64,000 nt of DNA from Andalucia godoyi And28 (Eukaryota; Protista; Jakobida). The stretch is taken from assembly GCA_009859145.1 (NCBI GenBank), contig VRVR01000058.1, forward strand, positions 49,959 through 113,958, given 5' to 3'. The notes beneath the pieces were generated by a model. The model saw only the letters and a program-made list of their open reading frames with translations. It did not search any database and was not told the origin of the DNA. Made by a program: the position numbers and the translations under genes. Within the stretch, counting starts at the first letter, position 1; every line of letters begins with the position of its first letter. Below, piece by piece: positions 41,403 to 50,746 of the stretch.

Positions 41403-43550
41403 TCAAGCTGGGAAGTCGGGAAGGAGAGTTGCTTCAACCAGGAGAGTCTTGAAATCAATACATAGCCGGCGACAAAATACATCGAGAACACCGCCCAACA
41501 TGTACTCATCCTCCAAGTCCCGGAAACAGGCAGAGACTTCCGAAGGGAAAAACGTCTGTTTCGTCGTGATGCGAACCCGGATCATGACTCGACTGTCACT
41601 AATGCTCACAGGTTTTGTAAATGCATGGAATAGAACTCTAAAAGACTGGTCTGACACCGGGATTATGCGAAAATACACCACTCTGTTATCATGGAAAACC
41701 CGAACAAAGTGCGACTTGATGTCCTTTTGCACGGATGTCGGTAGGTCTGCGGAGAAGTTCAAGGGCACTGAACACCTACTATCAATCATGACACCGGTTT
41801 TTTCAATTGCTTCCCGACACTCCGGCATCTCGAATAAACGGATGCGTGAAACAATCTTTGTGGATGCGCTGCGAGATAGTTTTGTAGGTCTTCTGTCAAC
41901 AAGGAAAGAATCAAGATCCTCGCTCAGCATGTTGGACGCCCCACCTGAGGAACTTGCAGAGTCCTTACTCTTCTGCGAGGTCAAAAATATCGACGACAAT
42001 TCACCAGGATCAAGAGGCAACGGAATTTCAGTGATAACCGAAACAGACGGAGTTTTAACGATGTCCATGGATGAAGGCGTCCGAGACAACCGGGCAGACG
42101 AGAGTGTGACTTTCAAAGTTGGCCGGGACGCCACTGGTTTGTCCTCGATTCTTACGACTTTGGGGGTCTCAGTATCAATTCGCATTTTCAATTTCAACCC
42201 AGTGCCGGAGGATACCTTGTCATCAGGGACCTGCACAGTGAGGACTGGAGGCCCCGGGGTTGGGGTTGCAGTGGACGGGAGATATTGCTGTGCCGGAGTG
42301 GAAGTAGAAGGCGTTGCAGTTGCACGCCCAGTTGCAGGAGTTGCTGCAGAGGCAGCCTTCGGCTTTGTTTCCTTGATACGTTCGACTTTGCAGCTGGAAA
42401 ATGCTCGATGAGCTTCCTTGGCACGCAATCTATCAGTATCCGACATTGGCCCGTACGTTGCAGTGTTCAGAGGACTCGAAATCCGATCCAGAACTTCGAT
42501 CAAAAACTGCACATCCCGGATGAATCCTTCAACAGTCCGATAATATCCGTTTTTGGCCCGTTCTCGAACGATGGATGGAGTGAGATAATAGACAATGCAT
42601 GGATTCCACAGGTCACCTCGAGGAATCTTTCCGTGCGAGATGGACCAGTATTCTTCTTGCTTGACAGAGAATAATCGCGCGACGAGTGCGCGAAATTCCA
42701 CTTCATCGTGGCTCGGAGTTCCATCTTTTAAGCGCAAGCCATTCAACTTTTCGCGTTCTATAATCTCCTTCTCCGTGAAGCCGTCTGGGAACATTTCCCA
42801 AACGGCAACTGTTTGCAGGCCCTCTTCATTATCCCACTGGACCTGGGCAAAAGAAAAGTACGAAGGATTGGCGGACCCCTTTCCTTTTGATATGGACAGC
42901 ACTTTCCCATGAAAGAGATCTCGTCGACTGGGGTCAGTGTCTGAGGCAAACGGGACCACGATTCGATCTCCAACCGCGTATTGAAGCTCCAGTGCTCGGA
43001 TGACTCGTTGCATCGGAATCATAAATTCAAGCGACGGCGGAATCACTCGGAAATCGACATCAAAAAAGGGCGCAACCCGAACTTCAAACACCTTCTTTTT
43101 CTCGGAGCCGGGAACGTGGCATTGTAATGTGATGATCGCGACCGCCGAGAACAGCAGAGAGCCATTAATGCAGTTCAGAAAATCTTGCAAATAGATCACT
43201 TCCTGTACCGTGCATTCGCATTCGTCTGGAATAGACGCAAGTTTGGTCTCTGGGTCATACCGCTTCCTGTCTGCCGTATAGAGGTATAAAGTCAAGACAT
43301 GGCCGTAATACTGCATGAAGTTAGCCTTTGAGAACAGAATCCGTTCCTGGATTTGCGGCACAAAATACAGAGACTCTTGGGCTGTGACGGGCAGCAGCCA
43401 AGTAGCACTCTCAGGAACAGCTTCAGAAGGAGCAACCACCGTCGTCATATCGCTTCTGCTGTCGTTTGGCGTTCCTCCACTGTTCCAGACAAATGACACT
43501 CTCCTTTGTCGTTTTGTTGTTGCTGTGTTTCGTGGTTCGTGGTTTTCCAT
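41403..43550 (-). CDS. BRWD/PHIP-like protein (cryptic Tudor plus degenerate bromodomain, no WD40)
   Basis: WLL...YFVPQIQE, YAVGDRIV...VQWDN...VAVWEM (BRWD/PHIP-like), bromodomain-like KNGYYRTVEGFIRDVQFL. Confidence 0.65.
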   Translation of the reverse strand: MENHEPRNTATTKRQRRVSFVWNSGGTPNDSRSDMTTVVAPSEAVPESATWLLPVTAQESLYFVPQIQERILFSKANFMQYYGHVLTLYLYTADRKRYDPETKLASIPDECECTVQEVIYLQDFLNCINGSLLFSAVAIITLQCHVPGSEKKKVFEVRVAPFFDVDFRVIPPSLEFMIPMQRVIRALELQYAVGDRIVVPFASDTDPSRRDLFHGKVLSISKGKGSANPSYFSFAQVQWDNEEGLQTVAVWEMFPDGFTEKEIIEREKLNGLRLKDGTPSHDEVEFRALVARLFSVKQEEYWSISHGKIPRGDLWNPCIVYYLTPSIVRERAKNGYYRTVEGFIRDVQFLIEVLDRISSPLNTATYGPMSDTDRLRAKEAHRAFSSCKVERIKETKPKAASAATPATGRATATPSTSTPAQQYLPSTATPTPGPPVLTVQVPDDKVSSGTGLKLKMRIDTETPKVVRIEDKPVASRPTLKVTLSSARLSRTPSSMDIVKTPSVSVITEIPLPLDPGELSSIFLTSQKSKDSASSSGGASNMLSEDLDSFLVDRRPTKLSRSASTKIVSRIRLFEMPECREAIEKTGVMIDSRCSVPLNFSADLPTSVQKDIKSHFVRVFHDNRVVYFRIIPVSDQSFRVLFHAFTKPVSISDSRVMIRVRITTKQTFFPSEVSACFRDLEDEYMLGGVLDVFCRRLCIDFKTLLVEATLLPDFPA

Positions 43551-43777
43551 CCATCGTCCAGGTGTTCACTGCCTTTGCCCCTCCTCCGAGTTTTGAGCAC
43601 TCAATTGCACACTTGAGGAAAATGGTTCCGACTTTCAGGAAGTACTACTAGCTGTACTTGCTGATGGCTGTACGCGTTTTCCGCGAGCTTCCAGAGTTTC
43701 CGGAGTTTCCCGAGTGCTCAGTGCGGAACTGCAGAGGCTGGGAACGAACGGAGGGAAGGAGAGGGGCGCTGCAGAGT

Positions 43778-45352
43778 ATGAAGTGGACGATCCAAGTAAT
43801 TGTTGTTCTACTGGCAATCGCAGTTTCGGTTGTGGTGGGCCGAAGCAGGATTGCAGACTCGCCGTATCCGCTCAGTGCAGAGCCGCCTGCGAATGTCCTG
43901 GTTCTCAACGGATCGTGCATCGATCCGGCGTTGACTACCGTGTTTGTCTCTCTGACTGGACTACTTGCGCGTTCAGCTTCAGAATTCTTTTTTGTGCAGA
44001 CGTCTGCGGACTCCTTTTGGCTGTCAGATGCCGTCCAGCAAAAGTACCTGAATAGTGTGGACTCGACACTGTCGTGCGACGCGAAGTCTGTGTTGGCCAA
44101 GTATCAGCCGAAATTCCCACGGTATGTGCTGTGCAATGAGTCGTCGCCGAATTCGATCTTGAATGCGTATGCCATTGCCTCTGCGCTGGGCGATGTTTTG
44201 GTTTCAACAGTTCCCGCAGCGCGCCTGTTGGATGCACTAGGCTTCGCGATGCTGTATGATGCACGATCCATGTCGTTTTCTGAAATTCTCTCCAAGTTTG
44301 ACTCGTCGTTTTCTCGGCGCGTTCTAGTTGTGCAGGATCCATCAAAAGCAGTTTCGTACCTTTCAGACTACGGAGTGTTTTCCAGCGCACCTCTCATGTT
44401 CTGCACCGACTGCGCAAAGGACGCGTCACTTCACACTGCAGGCAAGAGACTGTCACGGGGTACCTCGGTCATATTGGGATGGGGCACATCTGAACTGGAC
44501 CTTGTCACCACTGCTTCAGAACTTGGCGCAGCTGTTCACGCCGCCGACTGGGCATATGGGTTGTCGTTGTACACGAATTTACTCGTTCCGTCAACTGCAT
44601 TCCGACATTCCCTTGCACGGAATTCTAAGAGAACTGGCAGCGGCAAGCATTCCGTCGCATTTCTGATGACAGATGGTGATAACATCCAGTGGATGTTGAA
44701 TGGATTTGCATTTGATCCCAAGTGGTATGCATCTCCGCAACGAGGATCTGGGAAGATTGGGTGGACTCTGTCGCCAGCACTTGCGGAACTTGCCCCGAAC
44801 GTGTATTCGTTCATTCTGCGCCATGCTACTGCAAACGACTCCTTTGTTGATTCACCTAGCGGGTTCGGCTACGGATACTTGGACAAGATGTCGAGCGACA
44901 GTCGTTTGGGGTTCTCGCAGTTGACCGGCGATTTTCTAGCGACGTACAAAGCGAGTGGCGGCGTCGTTAACGTTCTGGACATTTCGAGTGATCTCGATCC
45001 AGTAGCGGACCTGACTCGACAGCCATCCGTTCGGGGAGTTATTCAATATATGTTCAGCGACTACTCGGGATTGAAGGGCCGTGTTCAGTTCAGCAACGGA
45101 AAACCCGTTGTTGGTGGTCGTTACAATCTCTGGGCCGGATTCGAGACTCCCAAATCGCTGGCTCAAAAGCTGAACTCGGCCTCCACTCGGACCGACACAT
45201 CAGATGGCTATTCTCTCATTCCTGTGCATGTTTGGTCCATGACTGTTGCGGATGTTGTTGCATGCATTCAGTTGCTGGACAGCTCTCGAGTCCAGGTGGT
45301 TTCCCCCAGCGAACTCATTGATCTCATCGCTTCGAACATTCTTCATCACTGA
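43778..45352 (+). CDS. Secreted GxGYxYP-family putative glycoside hydrolase / carbohydrate-active protein
   Basis: Signal peptide MKWTIQVIVVLLAIAVSVVVG; ILGWG; HAADWA; VAFLMTDGDNIQW; IGWTLSPALAELAP; SGFGYGY; PVVGGRY. Start at 43778 is inferred; the frame opens at 43658. Confidence 0.85.
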   Translation: MKWTIQVIVVLLAIAVSVVVGRSRIADSPYPLSAEPPANVLVLNGSCIDPALTTVFVSLTGLLARSASEFFFVQTSADSFWLSDAVQQKYLNSVDSTLSCDAKSVLAKYQPKFPRYVLCNESSPNSILNAYAIASALGDVLVSTVPAARLLDALGFAMLYDARSMSFSEILSKFDSSFSRRVLVVQDPSKAVSYLSDYGVFSSAPLMFCTDCAKDASLHTAGKRLSRGTSVILGWGTSELDLVTTASELGAAVHAADWAYGLSLYTNLLVPSTAFRHSLARNSKRTGSGKHSVAFLMTDGDNIQWMLNGFAFDPKWYASPQRGSGKIGWTLSPALAELAPNVYSFILRHATANDSFVDSPSGFGYGYLDKMSSDSRLGFSQLTGDFLATYKASGGVVNVLDISSDLDPVADLTRQPSVRGVIQYMFSDYSGLKGRVQFSNGKPVVGGRYNLWAGFETPKSLAQKLNSASTRTDTSDGYSLIPVHVWSMTVADVVACIQLLDSSRVQVVSPSELIDLIASNILHH

Positions 45353-46053
45353 GTGCATGTCTCAATTCTCAAATTAATCTGTTGTTTTTGTATGTATTTT
45401 ATATATTATTTCCATGATGTATGCGTATTATTATAAAAAGGGATACACATCTTAACAGTCCCCGTTCCTATAAATAATTTTTTTTAAATAAACAAATAAC
45501 AACAAAAGAAGCTGCCCTTTTTTTTATTATTGTGCGACAGCAAAATCCGGGGTTCTCTGCTTTTCTTCTTCTTTCTTTTTCATGCCTGCAAGAGTAAAAT
45601 AAGAGGATCGTTGGGTCGTACGTACACACACTACGCAGATGTGGGGTGCGGCGAAGACTGTTTTCCGAATCAAAACAAAGTGCCGGACAATAATCCTTGA
45701 GAGGTGAAACATGCCCGGTGCGACTTTGCAAGACTTCTCCATTCGGGAATCCGGATGCCCGGACCCAGAAATGAGAAAAACATACGCTCACTTCAGTTAA
45801 CGAGTGATGGTCCGCGATCGACGCCCATTTTTTTCCTTTTCGTTCCTTTCGCCCCCTTTCTTCTTCTTCTTCTTCTTCTTGTTTTTCTTTTCCTTTTGCA
45901 ATTGACAAGGTACCAAAAAAATAATAATAATAACAATTAGAAATCATCACTTTTACTACGAATTGCTAGATTTTTTTGCCGTTAGTTTGCCTCCCGCCTT
46001 CCCCCCCCCCCGTACACTTACTCAACCCACACACACTCCCGTAACCTATCTCA

Positions 46054-49000
46054 ATGGCTTCCCGACCTCGTCGCTCTGTTTCGCGGTTCACAGGACAGAC
46101 TTCTGCAGATCCAAATGACGGATCATTCGACTCGGACGACTTTGAAGACGTGGCCTCAACAAAGCCTGCGAAGAGAAGCAGGCCGGCTGCAAAAGGGTCC
46201 GTTGCGGAAGAAGACCTCTCTGCGATTGAAGCCATTGTCACCGATCGCACAGATCCTGAGCACGGTCTCGAGTACTTGGTGAAGTGGAAGTCAAAGTCTC
46301 ATTGGCACAACGCCTGGATCTCCGATGAGTATGCGCGTAATCTGTCGCGTAATCTCGTCATAAGATATGAAAAACGTCGCGCTGTTGTTGATGAAATGCG
46401 CAAACGGAGCTATGCGTACTCGAAAGAAGAGGATGAGGCGGAGGAAGCGGAAATGGAAAAGGAGATCTCCACAACTGCCGTATCGTCAGAGGATGTCGCT
46501 AAATTGATGGACGAAGAAGAAGCAGCAAGAGCAGCGGCGACAGTTGCGACATCGGCGGGAGCTGCCATGAGCGCTTCTTTGAATTTCGCGGAAGATGATG
46601 CAGATAACGACCAGGATTTACTTGATCTTGTTGAGCGATTTTATTCCATTCCTCTCAAGGTCGTCGACCACGTCCCGGCGCAGGATGCATTTCTGGTCAT
46701 GTGGGTAAGGATGAGGCCGCGAGACGCCACATGGGAAAGTCGAGAGGAACTCACTGCTCGTGGATACTCCTCGCTCATCAACCAGTACTTCGAGCTGCTT
46801 TCGCATTGTTACGTTCCGGATGGGCAGTCTTCCTTGAACAAACTGTTCCAGTCGGACAAGACTCGTCGAATGCTTCAAAGACATGCGGGTTCCACCTCTA
46901 TCCCGGAGGAACTTCGTATTAGCGAGCATGCGGAATTTCTGCCCAAAGACATTTCGCTTCATCAGTATCAAGTCGACGGTGTCTCTTGGCTTCGCTGGGC
47001 TTTCTTTTCGTCTAGAAGCGTTATTCTTGCTGATGAGATGGGCCTTGGAAAGACTGTACAGTGCGCTGCATATTTATCATCCTTGTTTCATAACGAGGGG
47101 CTCAGTGGGCCGTTTCTCGTCGTTGCACCGCTCTCTTGCTTGGCAAACTGGGAAAGAGAGCTTGCAAAGTGGTGTCCGGATATGCCATCCGTGGTTTACG
47201 CTGGGGACAAGGAGTCGCGTTCGATTCTTCAAAAGCACTGTTTTTATGCGCCCGCTCACATGTCTACTGGAAAGCCGCGATCAGGGCGGTCGCTGAGATT
47301 TCGCATTCTTTTGACTTCTTATGAGCATGCCTTGCACCTTCCGTTGTCGTCGAGCACTCTCTATCATGGCCTCATAGTAGATGAAGCTCATCGACTGAAG
47401 AGTGCGACATCGAAGCTGACGGACGCCTTGAACCAAGTAGTGACTGCTCACCGTGTTTTGTTGACGGGAACTCCATTGCAGAATAATCTGCAGGAACTTC
47501 TCAATTTACTAGAATTTCTAGATCGTCATAAGTTTTCGCGTTACTCTCAGGATCGAATTCGAGGCGTTCCTGAAGCGGAACTTGTTCATGCAATTCAAGA
47601 GGATCTCGGTCAACATTTGTTGCGTCGAACCAAGAAAGACGTTTTGACTGGAGAAATGGAACTTCCACCTTTGATAGAGACTGTGGTTCGTGTGGATCTC
47701 TCGCCTTTGCAGAGGATGTTTTATCGCCAGATTCTCACGAAAAGCTTCCCTTGCCTGGGGAAGTCGTCTAGTGACAAACAGATGTTCAATGTGGTCATGC
47801 AGCTTCGAAAATGTTGCAATCATCCGTATCTGTTTGAAGGCGCGGAGCCGGAGCACGATACGAACGTTTCGAAGCTGCCGGATTCTTCTTTGAACCCTTC
47901 CAATTGGAGATTGAAGATTCCCGAGGTTGAAGGATACCTAAAGAGCGCGAATCCGTCGTTTGGTGCTGACGCGCTTGGTCTTCATGGGCTCATTTCCGCT
48001 TCTGGAAAGTTGGCTCTTCTTGATACGTTGCTTCGAGAGCTTCGAGGTCGTGGACACCGTGTGTTGTGCTATTCACAAATGACCCATATGCTTGATATCC
48101 TGGAGGATTATTGTCGTCTCGTTGGGCATGCGTATGAACGCATTGACGGTGACACTCCTCATTCCATGAGGCAAGTCCGAATCGATCGATTCAATGCTCC
48201 AAATTCGAGAGTTTTCATCTTCTTGCTTTCCACTCGAACTGGAGGCGTGGGCATTAATCTGCCAACTGCAGATACTGTTATTCTCTACGATTCGGACTGG
48301 AACCCTCATATGGACCGGCAGGCATTGTGCAGAGCACATCGAATTGGTCAGAAGTCGACCGTCCGGGTCTTCCGGTTCATATGCCGAAATTCGGTTGAAG
48401 AGCGGATGCTGGAAATTGCGAATCAGAAGCGCGTACTAGAGAAGCTTGTGGTTCGTCGCAATGAGCTCGGCGAGGCCATTCGCTTTGGCGCCGCAGAGTT
48501 GTTTTCAAAGTCTGATGAGTTGCAAGGCACTGAAGAAGATCCGTTTGTTTGGATGAGGTGGAGTCCGGAATACGGAAAAGAGGATGCGATAGGCTTGATG
48601 CAAACAGCAGACAAGGCATTGGCGGAGCAGGCCGTTGTTGCCGAGGCAGAGGATATTTTAGTTTCTGGAATTGACGAGACAGAGTTTTGGGCGAAGTACA
48701 AGGTCGTTACTTACGGGAGACCAGATCCACCACAACCTCTCGCTTCTGTTTCGGACGTTCCTCCTGGGAATCCTGAAGAAAATCCCTTCGAAGGGATGGA
48801 CATAGACCAAATCTTGGCCTTAAAGTTCGAGGAAACTCAGCAGAAAGATTGGGAGGCGTTGGGTAAAGGGAAGCGGGTTCGTAGATCCGCAGCAGCAGCC
48901 GCCACTACTGCGATGAATGCCGGAAAGCCTGCGAAACGCGTGAAAAGCGAAGCAGTCGTGAAGGAGGAGGAGCCAGGGGAGATTGAAGAGGAAGATTCCT

Positions 49001-50301
49001 CGAGCTATGAGGAGGAAGAGGAAGGTCCTGGCACGACAGAGACGTTTGACGGAAAGCTGCTGGGTGGTTCGTGGTCGATGCCGTCAAGAGCGTATGTACG
49101 CAAGTGTCTTGAACGGTTTGGGGTTCCTCACCCAGAGCGAGAGCCCGATTCTTGGGAATGGCTGCTCTTTAACATTCGGAAACGTATCACAAGAAAGCGC
49201 GAAGAGGACCTGCTCGCTTTTATTTTGTCTCAGGTCCTTGAGATTGCGAAACTTGACAGCAATTCCAGTACGGCCGTCTCTGGTTCTGCTGCTGGTTCTG
49301 CTGCTGGTTCTGCTGGTTCTGCGGCTAATGCTCAGCAGCAGCCGATGGAAGTGGATGAACTAGGAGATGGGGACATCTCGGGCAAGACCTCTGCTGTTGC
49401 TGCAACAAATATGACAGAAAGGTTCGCGTTGCTGAGCTTGCTGCGACACAAAGTAAGAAGCGTATTTGAATCGTTGGATCCTTGTGAGGTTATCCCGGAC
49501 GGGATTCCTGCAGATGCTCCGACCTTGACCATGTACGATCTCACCATGCATTCATGTACGTTGTTTGAAGTATCTGGACCAGCAGCTGCTGATTTGCGCC
49601 GCCATTATGCTGCCTATCCTGCCATGGAGCGGATTGACTATGCGCTGGTGATCGGGTCCATTCAATGCGGATATGGAGCATGGAAAGAAATTTTACGTTC
49701 TCATGAATTTGGCATTCTTCCTCTTGTCTCCCTCAAATGTCTTGGTCGAGCAATGGAACAAGATGAGCAGTGGAACCAACGCGAGTATGCTGCCATGACG
49801 GCGCTGATGCGAAGAAGGCTGAACTCTTTGGAGCGTGCCATCTTCCTAGAGTACGCGTCCAAGGGCGCTTTACCCCAGGAGGTATCAACGACGTTTAACT
49901 GGCGAGATGCCTACCAGAAGTTGTCCGCTGCTGCCGCCTCTGCGCAGGCAGTACCTCGCGCGAAATTGTCTGGAGCGATTTCTGATCAATCTCGGCCCCC
50001 GTCTTCGTCTTCTCTCGTGAAATCTGGTTTCATCTGCGAGACGGGCATTGTTCCTTTGGACGAGCTTCCCGGCATGCCTCCCGGCGCATCATCTCTGCTT
50101 GCCGCACGTTGCTTGTCGCGGTATCCTTCCATTCGAGACCAGCTTATTCGGTTGTTTGCTGAGATGCAGGGATATGCGAAATTGCATCTTCGGTCTGAGA
50201 GAATTGCCACGTGGAATGATTCCTGTTCGATTGTACAAGCATACATTGTGCAGTTGCGTGCTCTCCTTTCTCAGATTGCCACAGGCCAGCTCTACGATTA
50301 G
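46054..50301 (+). CDS. CHD-family chromatin remodeler (CHD3/4/5, PICKLE-like; chromodomains plus SNF2 ATPase)
   Basis: EYLVKWKSKSHWHNAW; FLVMW...ATWE; ILADEMGLGKT; DEAH; LLTGTPLQNN; QLRKCCNHPY; YSQMTHMLDILED; LSTRTGGVGINL; RAHRIGQ; LGKGKRVRR (CHD3/4-type motif). Confidence 0.92.
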   Translation: MASRPRRSVSRFTGQTSADPNDGSFDSDDFEDVASTKPAKRSRPAAKGSVAEEDLSAIEAIVTDRTDPEHGLEYLVKWKSKSHWHNAWISDEYARNLSRNLVIRYEKRRAVVDEMRKRSYAYSKEEDEAEEAEMEKEISTTAVSSEDVAKLMDEEEAARAAATVATSAGAAMSASLNFAEDDADNDQDLLDLVERFYSIPLKVVDHVPAQDAFLVMWVRMRPRDATWESREELTARGYSSLINQYFELLSHCYVPDGQSSLNKLFQSDKTRRMLQRHAGSTSIPEELRISEHAEFLPKDISLHQYQVDGVSWLRWAFFSSRSVILADEMGLGKTVQCAAYLSSLFHNEGLSGPFLVVAPLSCLANWERELAKWCPDMPSVVYAGDKESRSILQKHCFYAPAHMSTGKPRSGRSLRFRILLTSYEHALHLPLSSSTLYHGLIVDEAHRLKSATSKLTDALNQVVTAHRVLLTGTPLQNNLQELLNLLEFLDRHKFSRYSQDRIRGVPEAELVHAIQEDLGQHLLRRTKKDVLTGEMELPPLIETVVRVDLSPLQRMFYRQILTKSFPCLGKSSSDKQMFNVVMQLRKCCNHPYLFEGAEPEHDTNVSKLPDSSLNPSNWRLKIPEVEGYLKSANPSFGADALGLHGLISASGKLALLDTLLRELRGRGHRVLCYSQMTHMLDILEDYCRLVGHAYERIDGDTPHSMRQVRIDRFNAPNSRVFIFLLSTRTGGVGINLPTADTVILYDSDWNPHMDRQALCRAHRIGQKSTVRVFRFICRNSVEERMLEIANQKRVLEKLVVRRNELGEAIRFGAAELFSKSDELQGTEEDPFVWMRWSPEYGKEDAIGLMQTADKALAEQAVVAEAEDILVSGIDETEFWAKYKVVTYGRPDPPQPLASVSDVPPGNPEENPFEGMDIDQILALKFEETQQKDWEALGKGKRVRRSAAAAATTAMNAGKPAKRVKSEAVVKEEEPGEIEEEDSSSYEEEEEGPGTTETFDGKLLGGSWSMPSRAYVRKCLERFGVPHPEREPDSWEWLLFNIRKRITRKREEDLLAFILSQVLEIAKLDSNSSTAVSGSAAGSAAGSAGSAANAQQQPMEVDELGDGDISGKTSAVAATNMTERFALLSLLRHKVRSVFESLDPCEVIPDGIPADAPTLTMYDLTMHSCTLFEVSGPAAADLRRHYAAYPAMERIDYALVIGSIQCGYGAWKEILRSHEFGILPLVSLKCLGRAMEQDEQWNQREYAAMTALMRRRLNSLERAIFLEYASKGALPQEVSTTFNWRDAYQKLSAAAASAQAVPRAKLSGAISDQSRPPSSSSLVKSGFICETGIVPLDELPGMPPGASSLLAARCLSRYPSIRDQLIRLFAEMQGYAKLHLRSERIATWNDSCSIVQAYIVQLRALLSQIATGQLYD

Positions 50302-50746
50302 TGATTGTCATCCATAATTTGCTATTGCAATGCGCATGTTTTGTCTTTGCCAGCCTTACGCCCCCCCCCCCCCCCGACTCCACCATTCTTGGTCCGGCTT
50401 TTGGCACACTCTCTCCGCAGCCAGCTCCAAACGTAATATTTAATTTAATTTAATTTTTTTTAAATAGAAAAAATTATTATTATTTTGGTCAAAAGAAAGT
50501 TTGAACAACTCTCCGTGCAAACATGAAAGCCCGTAAAACCAGCGGTTTCATTCATTCATCCATCTTCATTTTTTGTTTCTGCCTTCATGTTGACGATGCC
50601 GACACCCCGCAGACGAAAACACCCTGTCGAGGCTGCCGTCGCAGGGGAAGTGAGACGATGGACATCGACCAATTTTTTTTAATTCCGGAAAAACATAAAA
50701 GTATCCATTACTCTACGTCTTGCTCATTTATTGCCAACCGCTTTTC

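Noticed and set aside
41022-41465. 147-aa plus-strand ORF between MUTYH and the BRWD-like gene
   Set aside because: No ATG-supported start or motifs; overlaps the 3' end of the minus-strand gene.
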